Assembly: GCA_045612485.1 (NCBI GenBank)
Contig: JAZKZE010000067.1
Coordinates: 1-61,886 of the forward strand
Direction of reading: 5' to 3'
Length of the DNA: 61,886 nt
DNA from: Victivallales bacterium
GTDB taxonomy: Bacteria > Verrucomicrobiota > Lentisphaeria > Victivallales > UBA1829
Part shown: piece by piece, positions 53,562-61,886 of the stretch
Numbering within the stretch: position 1 is the first letter of the stretch
Layout of the letters: the number at the start of each line of letters is the position of its first letter
Translations under genes and position numbers: made by a program
The notes under the pieces: generated by a model
Databases searched by the model: none
The model's input: only the letters and a program-made list of their open reading frames with translations
Told to the model about the DNA's origin: nothing

Positions 53562-56519
53562 TTATTTATGTTTTTCCCCGTCAGGAATCTCTTCTTCAGG
53601 GATTCTCTGTACCTGAATATCATCTATATCTATTTTTCCTGTCACCCGCAATGCCAAAGCTCTGGAACTTCGTTTTACTGCCGGCGCATCAATGATCAGA
53701 GAATATCTGTTCCATTGTACCGCGGGAGAAGGTTTGATGGAGGAATTTTTTGCTTTTGAATATTTCCCGTCTGTCCGTACGGAAACAAAAAGTTCCCCTT
53801 TGCCTCTTGCGGAAAGAGTAATGGAATATCTTGCCGCTTTTTTATCCGGTTCATTCATATAAAGATCCACGAAGGAATTTGTTCCTTCAATGGAAATATA
53901 ATTTTTCCCGCTTGCTGGAGAATCATGTTTAATGGCACATTTTCCCACATTGTTCTCGTTGAAACTCCAATATTTGGGAACCATGTTTCCGGCAAAGTGC
54001 CATTTGCGTTTGGGCGGCTTTTTATATTTGCGTTCTTTGTACGGCACAAGGTCTTCCATATTTCCATTGCGTAACACCGCCCCGGTCGACCCGAAGGCGA
54101 CGCTTCTGTGTACATCCGAACCGTGGAATACTCCATTGCTGCTCCAGGAAGAAAGCTGGTTTTTCCCCTCTTTTTTCTGGGCGGAACGGGCAATATTGAT
54201 CTTCCAGACACTTCCGTCGGTGATCTTTATACCAAGTTTGGAAATATCCACCTTTGCTTCCAGGAGCCAGCGGTCAGGGTGATCCACGCATTTATACCGG
54301 GGATCCAGTTTCAAAGAGAAATCCCTGGAGGAACCGCTTGTGGTAAGTGCCTGATATAATTTCCCGTTCTGACTGAAACCAAGCTGATAATATTTTCCGT
54401 TCCAGTTGGAAGGGGTAAGGAAGATCTCAAAATGGTTGCCGTCCAATGCCCGCAAGCCATCTGTTTGGGCAAGGAGGGCGGGATCTTTTTTTATTCCTTT
54501 TTCCTTCAAGCCTTCAATGGCAAAATAAAGTGTATCGGCATCATAAAGAATACGCACAAAAGTCTGGGGATCCGCCTTGATCTCTTTTGTTTCATCAAAA
54601 ATATGGAAATCTGTACCGAAAGAGGCTTCTTTCCAATCCAGTTCATTTAATTTTCCGTCAATAAGGATCTCCCCCTGTTTTTTTCTTGCATTGTACTCTT
54701 TCTGTTTGCCTTTTTCAAATGCTTTATAGGATTCCACCCAGTCGGCATTGAAAAATTCCTTATCTCTGGCAATGCGTTTTGTGAGAACGGTATCGCCTTT
54801 TGCAAGGAGGGCGGCTTCTTCAAGGAGAGCATTGACTCTTGCTGCAAAACCGGGTCTTTCATAGCATTTGCCCAATACGGTTGTGGGGGTGCCGTATCCC
54901 ATGTGGACACGGGAGTCATAGAGCGCGGAAATAAGTTCCTGCCGGTATTTTTTCATAACTTTCCATGTTTTACCGTACCAGAGGGAATTGATTTTTTCAG
55001 AAATGGCGTCAAAATCTGCATCAATATTCCAGGAATAGTAACCTGTAAGGAAATATCTCTGCCAGTGGGCTTCCCAGGAGTTCCGGAGGGAATAGAAATG
55101 GCTTCTGCCGTATCTGTGATTTTTATAGTTGTCCGTGGGGGCGGTGACTACCATACCGAAACCGTACATCTTCAATTTGTGATAGTATTGAAGGTCTTTC
55201 ACCCAGGAACGTTCATGGAAAAGATAATGGACTTTTCCCGGCATTTCCGGGTGATATTCAAATGTTGTCCCCTGTATGCCTTTTTCAGCCCAGGAATCAA
55301 ACATTGCCTTGAATTTGGAGGCGTTGGGAGGGCAGGAGGGATCATCCAGCGTATGCAGATAACAGCGTCCGTGGGGACAGATCATTACTGCTGCACGGTT
55401 ATCCGGAATAAGTTTTGCCGGGGGAAAACGGAAATTCTGATAGGCAAAGGCTTCAATATGTACATTTTTGTGTTTCTCAAGAATACGGGGAACAAGGTAA
55501 TTGACCAGATGCCACCATCTTGTTGCCCGGTTATTGGAACGCTCATCGGCAGGATCATCCAGTGCAAGGCAGTTTTTACATTCGCACCAGTTTGTGTGAT
55601 CGTCATTGGACATTGTCCAGTTTACTTTTCTGTCGGCCGGGTATTGGGAAAGCCTTTCAAGGGTATGTTTCAGGATCAGTTCCTTTACCGCTTCATTGGA
55701 GGTACAGGGCTGACTTTCCATAGGTTTGCAATATTTGCCGTTACGGAAGCCGAAATATTCCGGATTCTTTTTGCGGATCTCTTCCCATACTTTCGGCACA
55801 TACCCTTTGCTGGACCCCATGATGGGGACAAGTCCTCCGTCTCCGTCATTATAAATGGCATCCCTTTCTGCCATATAATCCGCCCGGGACCCTTTCAGAG
55901 TGCGTTTGGCGCAGAAAAGCTGTAATCCATTGCGCATAAGGTAGTCATAGGTTTCCGGAGTCCAGCCGGAACCGCCGTTGAGCCGGAATTTCCTCTGGGA
56001 AAAGGCAGGATTATAATTTTTGCACATTTCCGGGACTTCAAAGGAATTTTTCTTCGGGATAAACTCGCCGTATTCACCGGGGAAAAGCCAGTAAATATCT
56101 CCACAGTCGGTAAGAATACGGTATGCTCCATAGATGAGACCGCGTTTTTCCTTTGCTATGATCTCCACAAAATCTTTTCCGGAATGGATAATAAATCCGT
56201 CGTGGCGGATATTTTTTATTGCTTTGGATAAAGCTGCGTCGTCTATTTTGAGATTTTTATCGTCTGCAAGGCGGAACCTTATGACGGTATTTCCCGGAAC
56301 GGGGGAATCCGTAATCTTTATTTCCGCACCGGTCTGTTTTTTTATAAAGTATGCCAGTTCCTTTGCTGCATGTTTTTTCACTTTGTCCGCATTTTGGGGC
56401 AGGAGGATGAAAGAAGTGCTTTTTCCGTTTTTCACCAGATCTGCCGCAGATGTCTGAAAAAATGTGAATAAAAATACGGAAAGAAAAAGTCCCTGTAAAA
56501 ATAATGATCTCTGAAACAT
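53562..56519 (-). CDS. Secreted DUF4838-domain protein with CBM9-like and C-terminal CBM-like domains
   Basis: Signal peptide; GH20b/GH67N-like start; QPCTSN, WCEC..C, AYQ; IDGKLNELDW..YD...LY. Confidence 0.75.
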   Translation of the reverse strand: MFQRSLFLQGLFLSVFLFTFFQTSAADLVKNGKSTSFILLPQNADKVKKHAAKELAYFIKKQTGAEIKITDSPVPGNTVIRFRLADDKNLKIDDAALSKAIKNIRHDGFIIHSGKDFVEIIAKEKRGLIYGAYRILTDCGDIYWLFPGEYGEFIPKKNSFEVPEMCKNYNPAFSQRKFRLNGGSGWTPETYDYLMRNGLQLFCAKRTLKGSRADYMAERDAIYNDGDGGLVPIMGSSKGYVPKVWEEIRKKNPEYFGFRNGKYCKPMESQPCTSNEAVKELILKHTLERLSQYPADRKVNWTMSNDDHTNWCECKNCLALDDPADERSNNRATRWWHLVNYLVPRILEKHKNVHIEAFAYQNFRFPPAKLIPDNRAAVMICPHGRCYLHTLDDPSCPPNASKFKAMFDSWAEKGIQGTTFEYHPEMPGKVHYLFHERSWVKDLQYYHKLKMYGFGMVVTAPTDNYKNHRYGRSHFYSLRNSWEAHWQRYFLTGYYSWNIDADFDAISEKINSLWYGKTWKVMKKYRQELISALYDSRVHMGYGTPTTVLGKCYERPGFAARVNALLEEAALLAKGDTVLTKRIARDKEFFNADWVESYKAFEKGKQKEYNARKKQGEILIDGKLNELDWKEASFGTDFHIFDETKEIKADPQTFVRILYDADTLYFAIEGLKEKGIKKDPALLAQTDGLRALDGNHFEIFLTPSNWNGKYYQLGFSQNGKLYQALTTSGSSRDFSLKLDPRYKCVDHPDRWLLEAKVDISKLGIKITDGSVWKINIARSAQKKEGKNQLSSWSSNGVFHGSDVHRSVAFGSTGAVLRNGNMEDLVPYKERKYKKPPKRKWHFAGNMVPKYWSFNENNVGKCAIKHDSPASGKNYISIEGTNSFVDLYMNEPDKKAARYSITLSARGKGELFVSVRTDGKYSKAKNSSIKPSPAVQWNRYSLIIDAPAVKRSSRALALRVTGKIDIDDIQVQRIPEEEIPDGEKHK

Positions 56520-56689
56520 GATTTGTCCTTTTTTTATAATAGCGGATATATTCTTTTATAGAATTATAGCAGATAAAAAATTTTTTTCAAGGAAATTTCC
56601 GGAAAAAGAAAGAATAAAATCTTTTCCGGTCTTGAAAAGAAAATTTTTATGGCTATTTTATGCGTGGATGTATCATAACAGGAGTATTT

Positions 56690-57538
56690 ATGTTCAGAAA
56701 AAATTTTATATTGATTTGCTTTTTTCTTTCTGTATTTTTTACCTTTTTTATTGATTGTATTGCAGAAGAACCTTCCTTCCGTCTTGCTACATTCAATATC
56801 CGCCGGCCGGGGGATAAAAGTCCCCATTCCTGGCGTGAACGCAAAAGCCGCTGTCTTGAGATCATCCGGCAGAATAAAATTGATATTTACGGCATACAGG
56901 AAGGGTATCATTATCAGGTGAAAGATCTTACAGATAATGGTGTGTTCCGGTACATCGGTCACGGCAGAAATGACTTCAAAGAGAAAGGGGAATTTACTGC
57001 CATACTGTATAAAAAAGACCGTTTTGAACTGCTTGACGGCGGAACTTTCGGACTTTCGGAAAAGCCTCATATTCCCGGATACCGTTCCTGGAAAACTGCC
57101 TATCCCCGCATTGCTTCATGGGGGCTTTTCAAGGATAAAAAAAGCGGCAGAAAATTTCTTTATTATAATACCCATCTGGATAATGTGAGAGAATTGGCGC
57201 GTATCAATGGGATCCGGTTGATTATAGCTCACGCAGGAAAAAATGCACCGGGAACTCCGGTAGTGTTAAGCGGGGATTTTAATGATGTGCCGGATTCTCC
57301 CACATGGAAAATGGCTTCTTCTTTCCTTAAAGACTCTTCCCGTATTTCCCGGAAAAGCCACAGCGGACCATTATATACTTTTCATGATTACGGCAAAGAA
57401 AAATCGCCGTTCCCTATAGATTTTATCTTTGTTTCCGATGCTTTCACAGTACTGGATCACAGAACCATTGATACAAAATTTCCGGAAGGATTTGCTTCCG
57501 ATCATTTTCCGGCAGCCGTTACTCTGCATTTGAAATGA
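56690..57538 (+). CDS. Endonuclease/exonuclease/phosphatase family protein, secreted
   Basis: ATFNIR, GIQE, NTHLD, SGDFN, IDFIF, SDHFP. Confidence 0.9.
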   Translation: MFRKNFILICFFLSVFFTFFIDCIAEEPSFRLATFNIRRPGDKSPHSWRERKSRCLEIIRQNKIDIYGIQEGYHYQVKDLTDNGVFRYIGHGRNDFKEKGEFTAILYKKDRFELLDGGTFGLSEKPHIPGYRSWKTAYPRIASWGLFKDKKSGRKFLYYNTHLDNVRELARINGIRLIIAHAGKNAPGTPVVLSGDFNDVPDSPTWKMASSFLKDSSRISRKSHSGPLYTFHDYGKEKSPFPIDFIFVSDAFTVLDHRTIDTKFPEGFASDHFPAAVTLHLK

Positions 57539-57568
57539 TGAATAAAAGGAACCGGATAGATAAATACC

Positions 57569-57596
57569 TTGACATTCCCTCTTGCTGTGGTATATT
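57569..57596 (+). promoter_or_regulatory. sigma70 promoter
   Basis: TTGACA-N16-TATATT. Confidence 0.65.
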
Positions 57597-57635
57597 AGTC
57601 AGATCATCCTAAAAAACAAAAATACAGGAGAATGT

Positions 57636-58901
57636 ATGAACAGAAGAAAAAGAATTTTTGCAGGTGCCGTACTCTTTTGTGCTGCGATCATGTTTTTGCA
57701 GGGCTGTCAGTGTATTGCAGAAAAAAACGTTGAAAAAAAGAGTGAAAAAACCGTTGTAAAAAAGGAAGAAAAGAAACTTGCCAAAGCGGGGGATATTTTT
57801 CTTCCGGAAAAAATCTATGCTGTACCCGGGATAGAGTGTAATATCTACTTTAAAAACATCTTTTTTGCCATCAATCACGCCAATTATGTTTTTGATGTGG
57901 ATTGTCCCAAAGGGAAACAGGAGGAAAAAAGGTGGACTTATATCCCCTGGAGAAATGAAGTGGATAAGAGTTATCCCCTTACGGTAAGGGTGTATGATGA
58001 AAAAGGTCTTGTTGCGGAAGCCTCCACAACCATTTATGTCACCTCCGCCGATGCCGGAAAAGGTAAAAATCTCTCCATTCTCGTTGTTGGGGACTCCCTT
58101 ACCAATGCCACAGAATATCCCCGTCAGCTTCTTGCGTTGTGCAATAAGGAAAAAGCCCCCCTTCTGAAAATGGTGGGCAGTCATGCAGGAAGCGGGAAAA
58201 AGCCCGTTGCCAATGGTGTCGCCCACGAGGGATACGGCGGCTGGACATGGAGTACTTTCCGTTCCCAGTATGTGACCGATCCCAAACACCGCAATTTCAA
58301 GACTTACCGGGCAAAAAGCAAATTTATCTTTGAAAAAGACGGCAAAAGAGTTTTCAGTCTTGCCGATTATATGAAAAAATACAATAACGGCAAAATGCCC
58401 GATGTCATTACCTTCCAGCTGGGCGTGAATGATATTTTCGGTGCAACGGACAAAACTCTGGATGCCCGTATCAAAACCACTCTTGCCAATGCCGATACCC
58501 TTATTGCCCTTTTCCGCAAGGACGCTCCCGATGCCGTTATCGGAGTGGGATTTGTTACTGCCGGAGCCAATCAGGATGCCTTCGGCAATAACTACAAATG
58601 CAATCAGACCTCCTTCGGCTATTACAGAAACCATTTCCGTCTGAATCAGGCGATGGCAAAACACTTTGCAAGCCGGATCAACGATAAGTTTGTGATGATC
58701 CCCTCCAATGTGAATCTGGATACGGAAAATAACTTTCCCATTACAAAAACAAGGATCAATACCCAGAATCTCACAAGGATCATCCGGCAGAATAACGGCG
58801 TACATCCGGATAAAAACGGATACCGTCAGATGGGGGATTCCTACTTTGCCTGGCTGAAATACCTTCTTGCCAAAGGAGCTCTTGCCGACGCAAAGAAATA
58901 A
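57636..58901 (+). CDS. SGNH/GDSL hydrolase, lipoprotein
   Basis: Lipobox FLQGC; GDSLT, HEGYGGW, LGVND, NGVHP..GY. Confidence 0.85.
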   Translation: MNRRKRIFAGAVLFCAAIMFLQGCQCIAEKNVEKKSEKTVVKKEEKKLAKAGDIFLPEKIYAVPGIECNIYFKNIFFAINHANYVFDVDCPKGKQEEKRWTYIPWRNEVDKSYPLTVRVYDEKGLVAEASTTIYVTSADAGKGKNLSILVVGDSLTNATEYPRQLLALCNKEKAPLLKMVGSHAGSGKKPVANGVAHEGYGGWTWSTFRSQYVTDPKHRNFKTYRAKSKFIFEKDGKRVFSLADYMKKYNNGKMPDVITFQLGVNDIFGATDKTLDARIKTTLANADTLIALFRKDAPDAVIGVGFVTAGANQDAFGNNYKCNQTSFGYYRNHFRLNQAMAKHFASRINDKFVMIPSNVNLDTENNFPITKTRINTQNLTRIIRQNNGVHPDKNGYRQMGDSYFAWLKYLLAKGALADAKK

Positions 58902-58923
58902 TTTTTCCTTTGTGCTTTTTTAC

Positions 58924-58970
58924 AGACCTTCTCCGCAGAGTTCTCACCGGGGAAGGTCTTTTTTATTTTT
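58924..58970 (+). terminator. Intrinsic terminator overlapping the convergent gene's stop codon
   Basis: AGACCTTCTCCG/CGGGGAAGGTCT followed by a T-tract. Confidence 0.65.
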
Positions 58971-60341
58971 CTGCAAGCAAGGAAGGATATATTCTGCAAG
59001 TTTGACAAGTCCATAAGAAGCAATGATTGCTGCAACCGGTGCAAAAAAGGGATAGCGGTAGCGTAAAAGCATGAGGAAGGGCACCGCAAAAAGCAGAACC
59101 GTCAACGGGGAAAGCAGCAGTAACAATACCATTATATTTTTCCTTGCAAAATATATTCCTGCAAGAAACAGAAGGAAAAAAGGAATGAGGTAAAGCCGGA
59201 TAAGAACGGATGTCATCTTGCCTGTTGCAATGGTATTGGGGACAGCCCGGAAACAGTGCAGAACTCTTTTCCATACGATATAACACATTTTTTGCGGATT
59301 GTTTTTTATGTATTCCCACGCCCACTGCTTCCAGTATTTTTCCCCGTCCGGAAGTTGGTATATTCCTTTTGACGCAAGAAAAGAACGTTTTTCCCCATGG
59401 AAAGAATCCCATGTTTTATCTGTCATTTCTTTATATCGCGGGGTATCCACATAACGGTAACTCATATAGGAAACATCGCTGGATGCCTGGGCAAAGGAGT
59501 AGGGACCGTAGAAGGTCAGTGGCGTGGGGTTTCCTGCCGTCAGACCGTTACGGATCATCCAGGGGGAAAGAACGAGAAACGCTCCCACCGTATAAAAAAC
59601 AAGAGCCTTGAACAACTTTTTTCTCACCGTTTTTCTGAAAAGCATCACAAGAGTTCCGGTAAAACCAAGAATGAGGAAAAGAGCGAATCCCTGGGGCCGT
59701 GTAAGGGTGGCAAGAGCCATCATCCCGCCGCATAAAGAAGCGTAGGATAAAGAGAGATCCTTCCGGATACATTTTGAAAGAAAGTAAAATGACCCGCAGA
59801 GAAAAATCAGAAACAGATTTTCAGAAGAATAACAGATCCCGTGATAAATGGAATAGGGGTAGAAGGTATAAAGAAATGCGGCAATAAAGGCGGTCTTTGT
59901 GTCATTAAAGATCTCTTTTGCCAGAATGTAAACCATAAGAATACATGCCATGCTTATAAGGAGAACGGCAATTTTTGCTGAAAGAAGTATATCAAAGGGC
60001 AGAAGATACAGAAATGCCCCCAATAGAGGCAGTACAGGCGGCCTGTGGAATGCCGGCATCGGTTCTCCTTTATATCCCGGCGGTGTTGCTTCATACCAGT
60101 GGATGATGGTTTTGGAAAAACCGTTGCCGTTGGCGAGCTGCTTTGAAATATCCAGATAATCCCCCCCGTCATTATGGAGAAAATGATCCTGTATATAATG
60201 CATGGCAGTAACACGCACAAGAAGTCCGGCAAGAAGCAGAAGGAGCATTGCAGTATAAAAAAGTTTTTTCCTGTTTTCCGGCAGGGAAAATTTATCGTAC
60301 AGGGAAGAAAAAAGCGCAGAAAATGTATTTTTTATATTCAT
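58944..60341 (-). CDS. GT-C membrane glycosyltransferase (ArnT/PMT_2-like)
   Basis: ND..DY...A.G.G, RPP..P, SENL, LATLTRP, PWMIRN, RYR.P; many TM helices. Confidence 0.8.
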   Translation of the reverse strand: MNIKNTFSALFSSLYDKFSLPENRKKLFYTAMLLLLLAGLLVRVTAMHYIQDHFLHNDGGDYLDISKQLANGNGFSKTIIHWYEATPPGYKGEPMPAFHRPPVLPLLGAFLYLLPFDILLSAKIAVLLISMACILMVYILAKEIFNDTKTAFIAAFLYTFYPYSIYHGICYSSENLFLIFLCGSFYFLSKCIRKDLSLSYASLCGGMMALATLTRPQGFALFLILGFTGTLVMLFRKTVRKKLFKALVFYTVGAFLVLSPWMIRNGLTAGNPTPLTFYGPYSFAQASSDVSYMSYRYVDTPRYKEMTDKTWDSFHGEKRSFLASKGIYQLPDGEKYWKQWAWEYIKNNPQKMCYIVWKRVLHCFRAVPNTIATGKMTSVLIRLYLIPFFLLFLAGIYFARKNIMVLLLLLSPLTVLLFAVPFLMLLRYRYPFFAPVAAIIASYGLVKLAEYILPCLQKNKKDLPR

Positions 60342-61585
60342 TTTTGTATATCCTGTTTTATGGTTCTGCCGGATTGCAGTACGGTTTTACCGGAATGATC
60401 CAGTGACAGACATGCGGAGAGACCCGCAGTAAATATGATAACTGAAAAAAACAGTATAAAACGGAACGGGGAAAGAAACGGGATTTTTTCCGTATGATGT
60501 TTCCAGAAAGGAAGTTTCCGGTATATTACAGAATTGAATATGGTTTCTTTCCTTCTGAAGTACAGGAACAGGGATTGGAGAATCGTATTTTTTTCTCTGG
60601 CGGTCTCAAGAAATTTTTGCAGATCCCGGGAAAGTTCTGCTGCACTCTGATACCGTAACGACCGTTTCCTTTCCATACATTTCATAACGATCCTGTCCAT
60701 TTCCGGCGGGATGCTGCTATTGTGTACCCCCGGCGGCAGAAGTTCTGCGGTAGCATGCTGTTTTTTCAGATATTCCGCAGTTCCCGTTCCGAAAGGATAT
60801 TTTGCGGTGAGAAGATGATACATGGTAGCTCCCAGAGAATAAATATCACTCCTCCCGTCACAGCTTTTTGCATCCAGCAGCTGTTCCGGGGAACAGAATT
60901 CCGGTGTGCCGAGAGGCGTATTGACCACTGTATCGGATTTCCGGGAACTGCTGTTGAGTCTGCAGTCATCAGAAATTCTGGCAAGGCCCAGATCCAGGAT
61001 CTTTATTGTCCCTTCGGAATCAAACATGATATTTTCAGGTTTGATGTCCCGGTGAACGATTTTTTTTGTTTCCGCTTCCGAGAGACCTGCGCATACCTGA
61101 ATGGCGATTTTCGCTGTTTTTTCCGGCGGGAGGGGGCCTTTCTCATTCAGAATATCCAGAGTACTGCCTCCGGCAATATATTCCATGACCAGAAAAAGAC
61201 AATTGTTTTCATCCCGGTTGCAATCATAGATCCTTACGATATTGGGGTGATTGAGTCTTGCGGAGATCTTGGCTGAATGTAAAAAACGGCTGCCTGCACG
61301 CAGATCATGGATATATTCCTGTTTCAGCAGTTTCAGGGCAACCGGAAAACCCAGATCCGGATGGAGTGCCAGATAGACTTTTCCCATTCCGCCGCAGCCG
61401 ATGAGATCAAGGATCCTGTATCTGCCCACATATTCAGGTATTTGCAGGTCTATTTCTGAAAATTCCTCCCTGATGCACATTTTGCTGAGAGGAAATTTTC
61501 TGCCGCAGACACACTCTATATTGCGCGGACCGCATATATGTTCGATTTCCCTTTCTATCTTACAGAAAGGACAGACGATTTTCAT
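60338..61585 (-). CDS. Hanks-type Ser/Thr kinase with an N-terminal zinc ribbon and a C-terminal TM helix
   Basis: CPFC..CVCG; GCGGMGKVY, VALK, HPNIV, HRDIKPEN, DLG, GTPEFCSPEQ, SDIYSLG. Confidence 0.92.
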   Translation of the reverse strand: MKIVCPFCKIEREIEHICGPRNIECVCGRKFPLSKMCIREEFSEIDLQIPEYVGRYRILDLIGCGGMGKVYLALHPDLGFPVALKLLKQEYIHDLRAGSRFLHSAKISARLNHPNIVRIYDCNRDENNCLFLVMEYIAGGSTLDILNEKGPLPPEKTAKIAIQVCAGLSEAETKKIVHRDIKPENIMFDSEGTIKILDLGLARISDDCRLNSSSRKSDTVVNTPLGTPEFCSPEQLLDAKSCDGRSDIYSLGATMYHLLTAKYPFGTGTAEYLKKQHATAELLPPGVHNSSIPPEMDRIVMKCMERKRSLRYQSAAELSRDLQKFLETAREKNTILQSLFLYFRRKETIFNSVIYRKLPFWKHHTEKIPFLSPFRFILFFSVIIFTAGLSACLSLDHSGKTVLQSGRTIKQDIQK

Positions 61586-61844
61586 CCATCAACCTCCGGA
61601 AAATTATTCTCTATAGAAAATATATCTTTTTCTGTTTTTTTCAAGTATTAAAACCTTCCGGAATGATTTTTCTTTCAGCTATGAAACATATTTTCAGAAA
61701 AAATGACGTTTTTGGAATTTTTTTCCGCTGTAAAAGAGGAAAAAACATAAAAAAATACAAAAAAATTCAATTATTTCTTGCAAAAAAGAAAAAGCAGGGT
61801 AAATTATATATAGTCTTCGCTTAAAAACTTAGGGAAATATAAAA

Positions 61845-61886
61845 ATGGAAAAAGCAAAAAAAACTGAAATCGTAAAAAATTTCGCC
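61845..61886 (+). CDS. rpsO: Probable start of ribosomal protein S15 (cut by the window edge)
   Basis: MEKAKKTEIVKNFA resembles the S15 N-terminus, but only 14 codons are visible; upstream promoter-like TTGCAA-N16-TAAATT at 61778-61805. Confidence 0.5.
   Translation, partial: MEKAKKTEIVKNFA

Overview
A 61.9 kb, mostly housekeeping chromosomal segment, probably from a PVC-superphylum bacterium. Lentisphaerota is inferred from DUF1501, DUF4838/CBM9, a divergent FtsA/FtsZ pair and a DksA with a Lys/Ala-rich tail. It holds about 48 genes (fklB-like, yitJ-like, pepF, folB, prfB, holA, pdxB, murC-ispD fusion, dksA, lspA, miaA, ftsA, ftsZ, metH, murD, cysE-M29 fusion, yggS, cca, mntP, pepT, a Ser/Thr kinase, probable start of rpsO). 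Two accessory inserts stand out. The first is a lone ~3.2 kb fragment of a phage/MGE-type polyvalent protein (17.6-20.8 kb) with three putative nuclease modules, LPD23 and an ADP-ribosyltransferase. Each nuclease module carries, antisense in its C-terminal tail, a sigma70-type promoter (TTGCAT-N16-TAT(A/G)TT), a 65-100 nt stem-closed RNA and a U-tract. These are candidate module-specific RNA antitoxins and the best novel-system candidate in the window. The second insert is an IS200/RAYT-type Y1 transposase between ~125 bp palindromic inverted repeats, next to a TACGGA decamer array of a type also found in the polyvalent-protein linkers. No rRNA, tRNA or CRISPR array was seen. All calls come from motif recognition by eye; no searches or folding programs were run.
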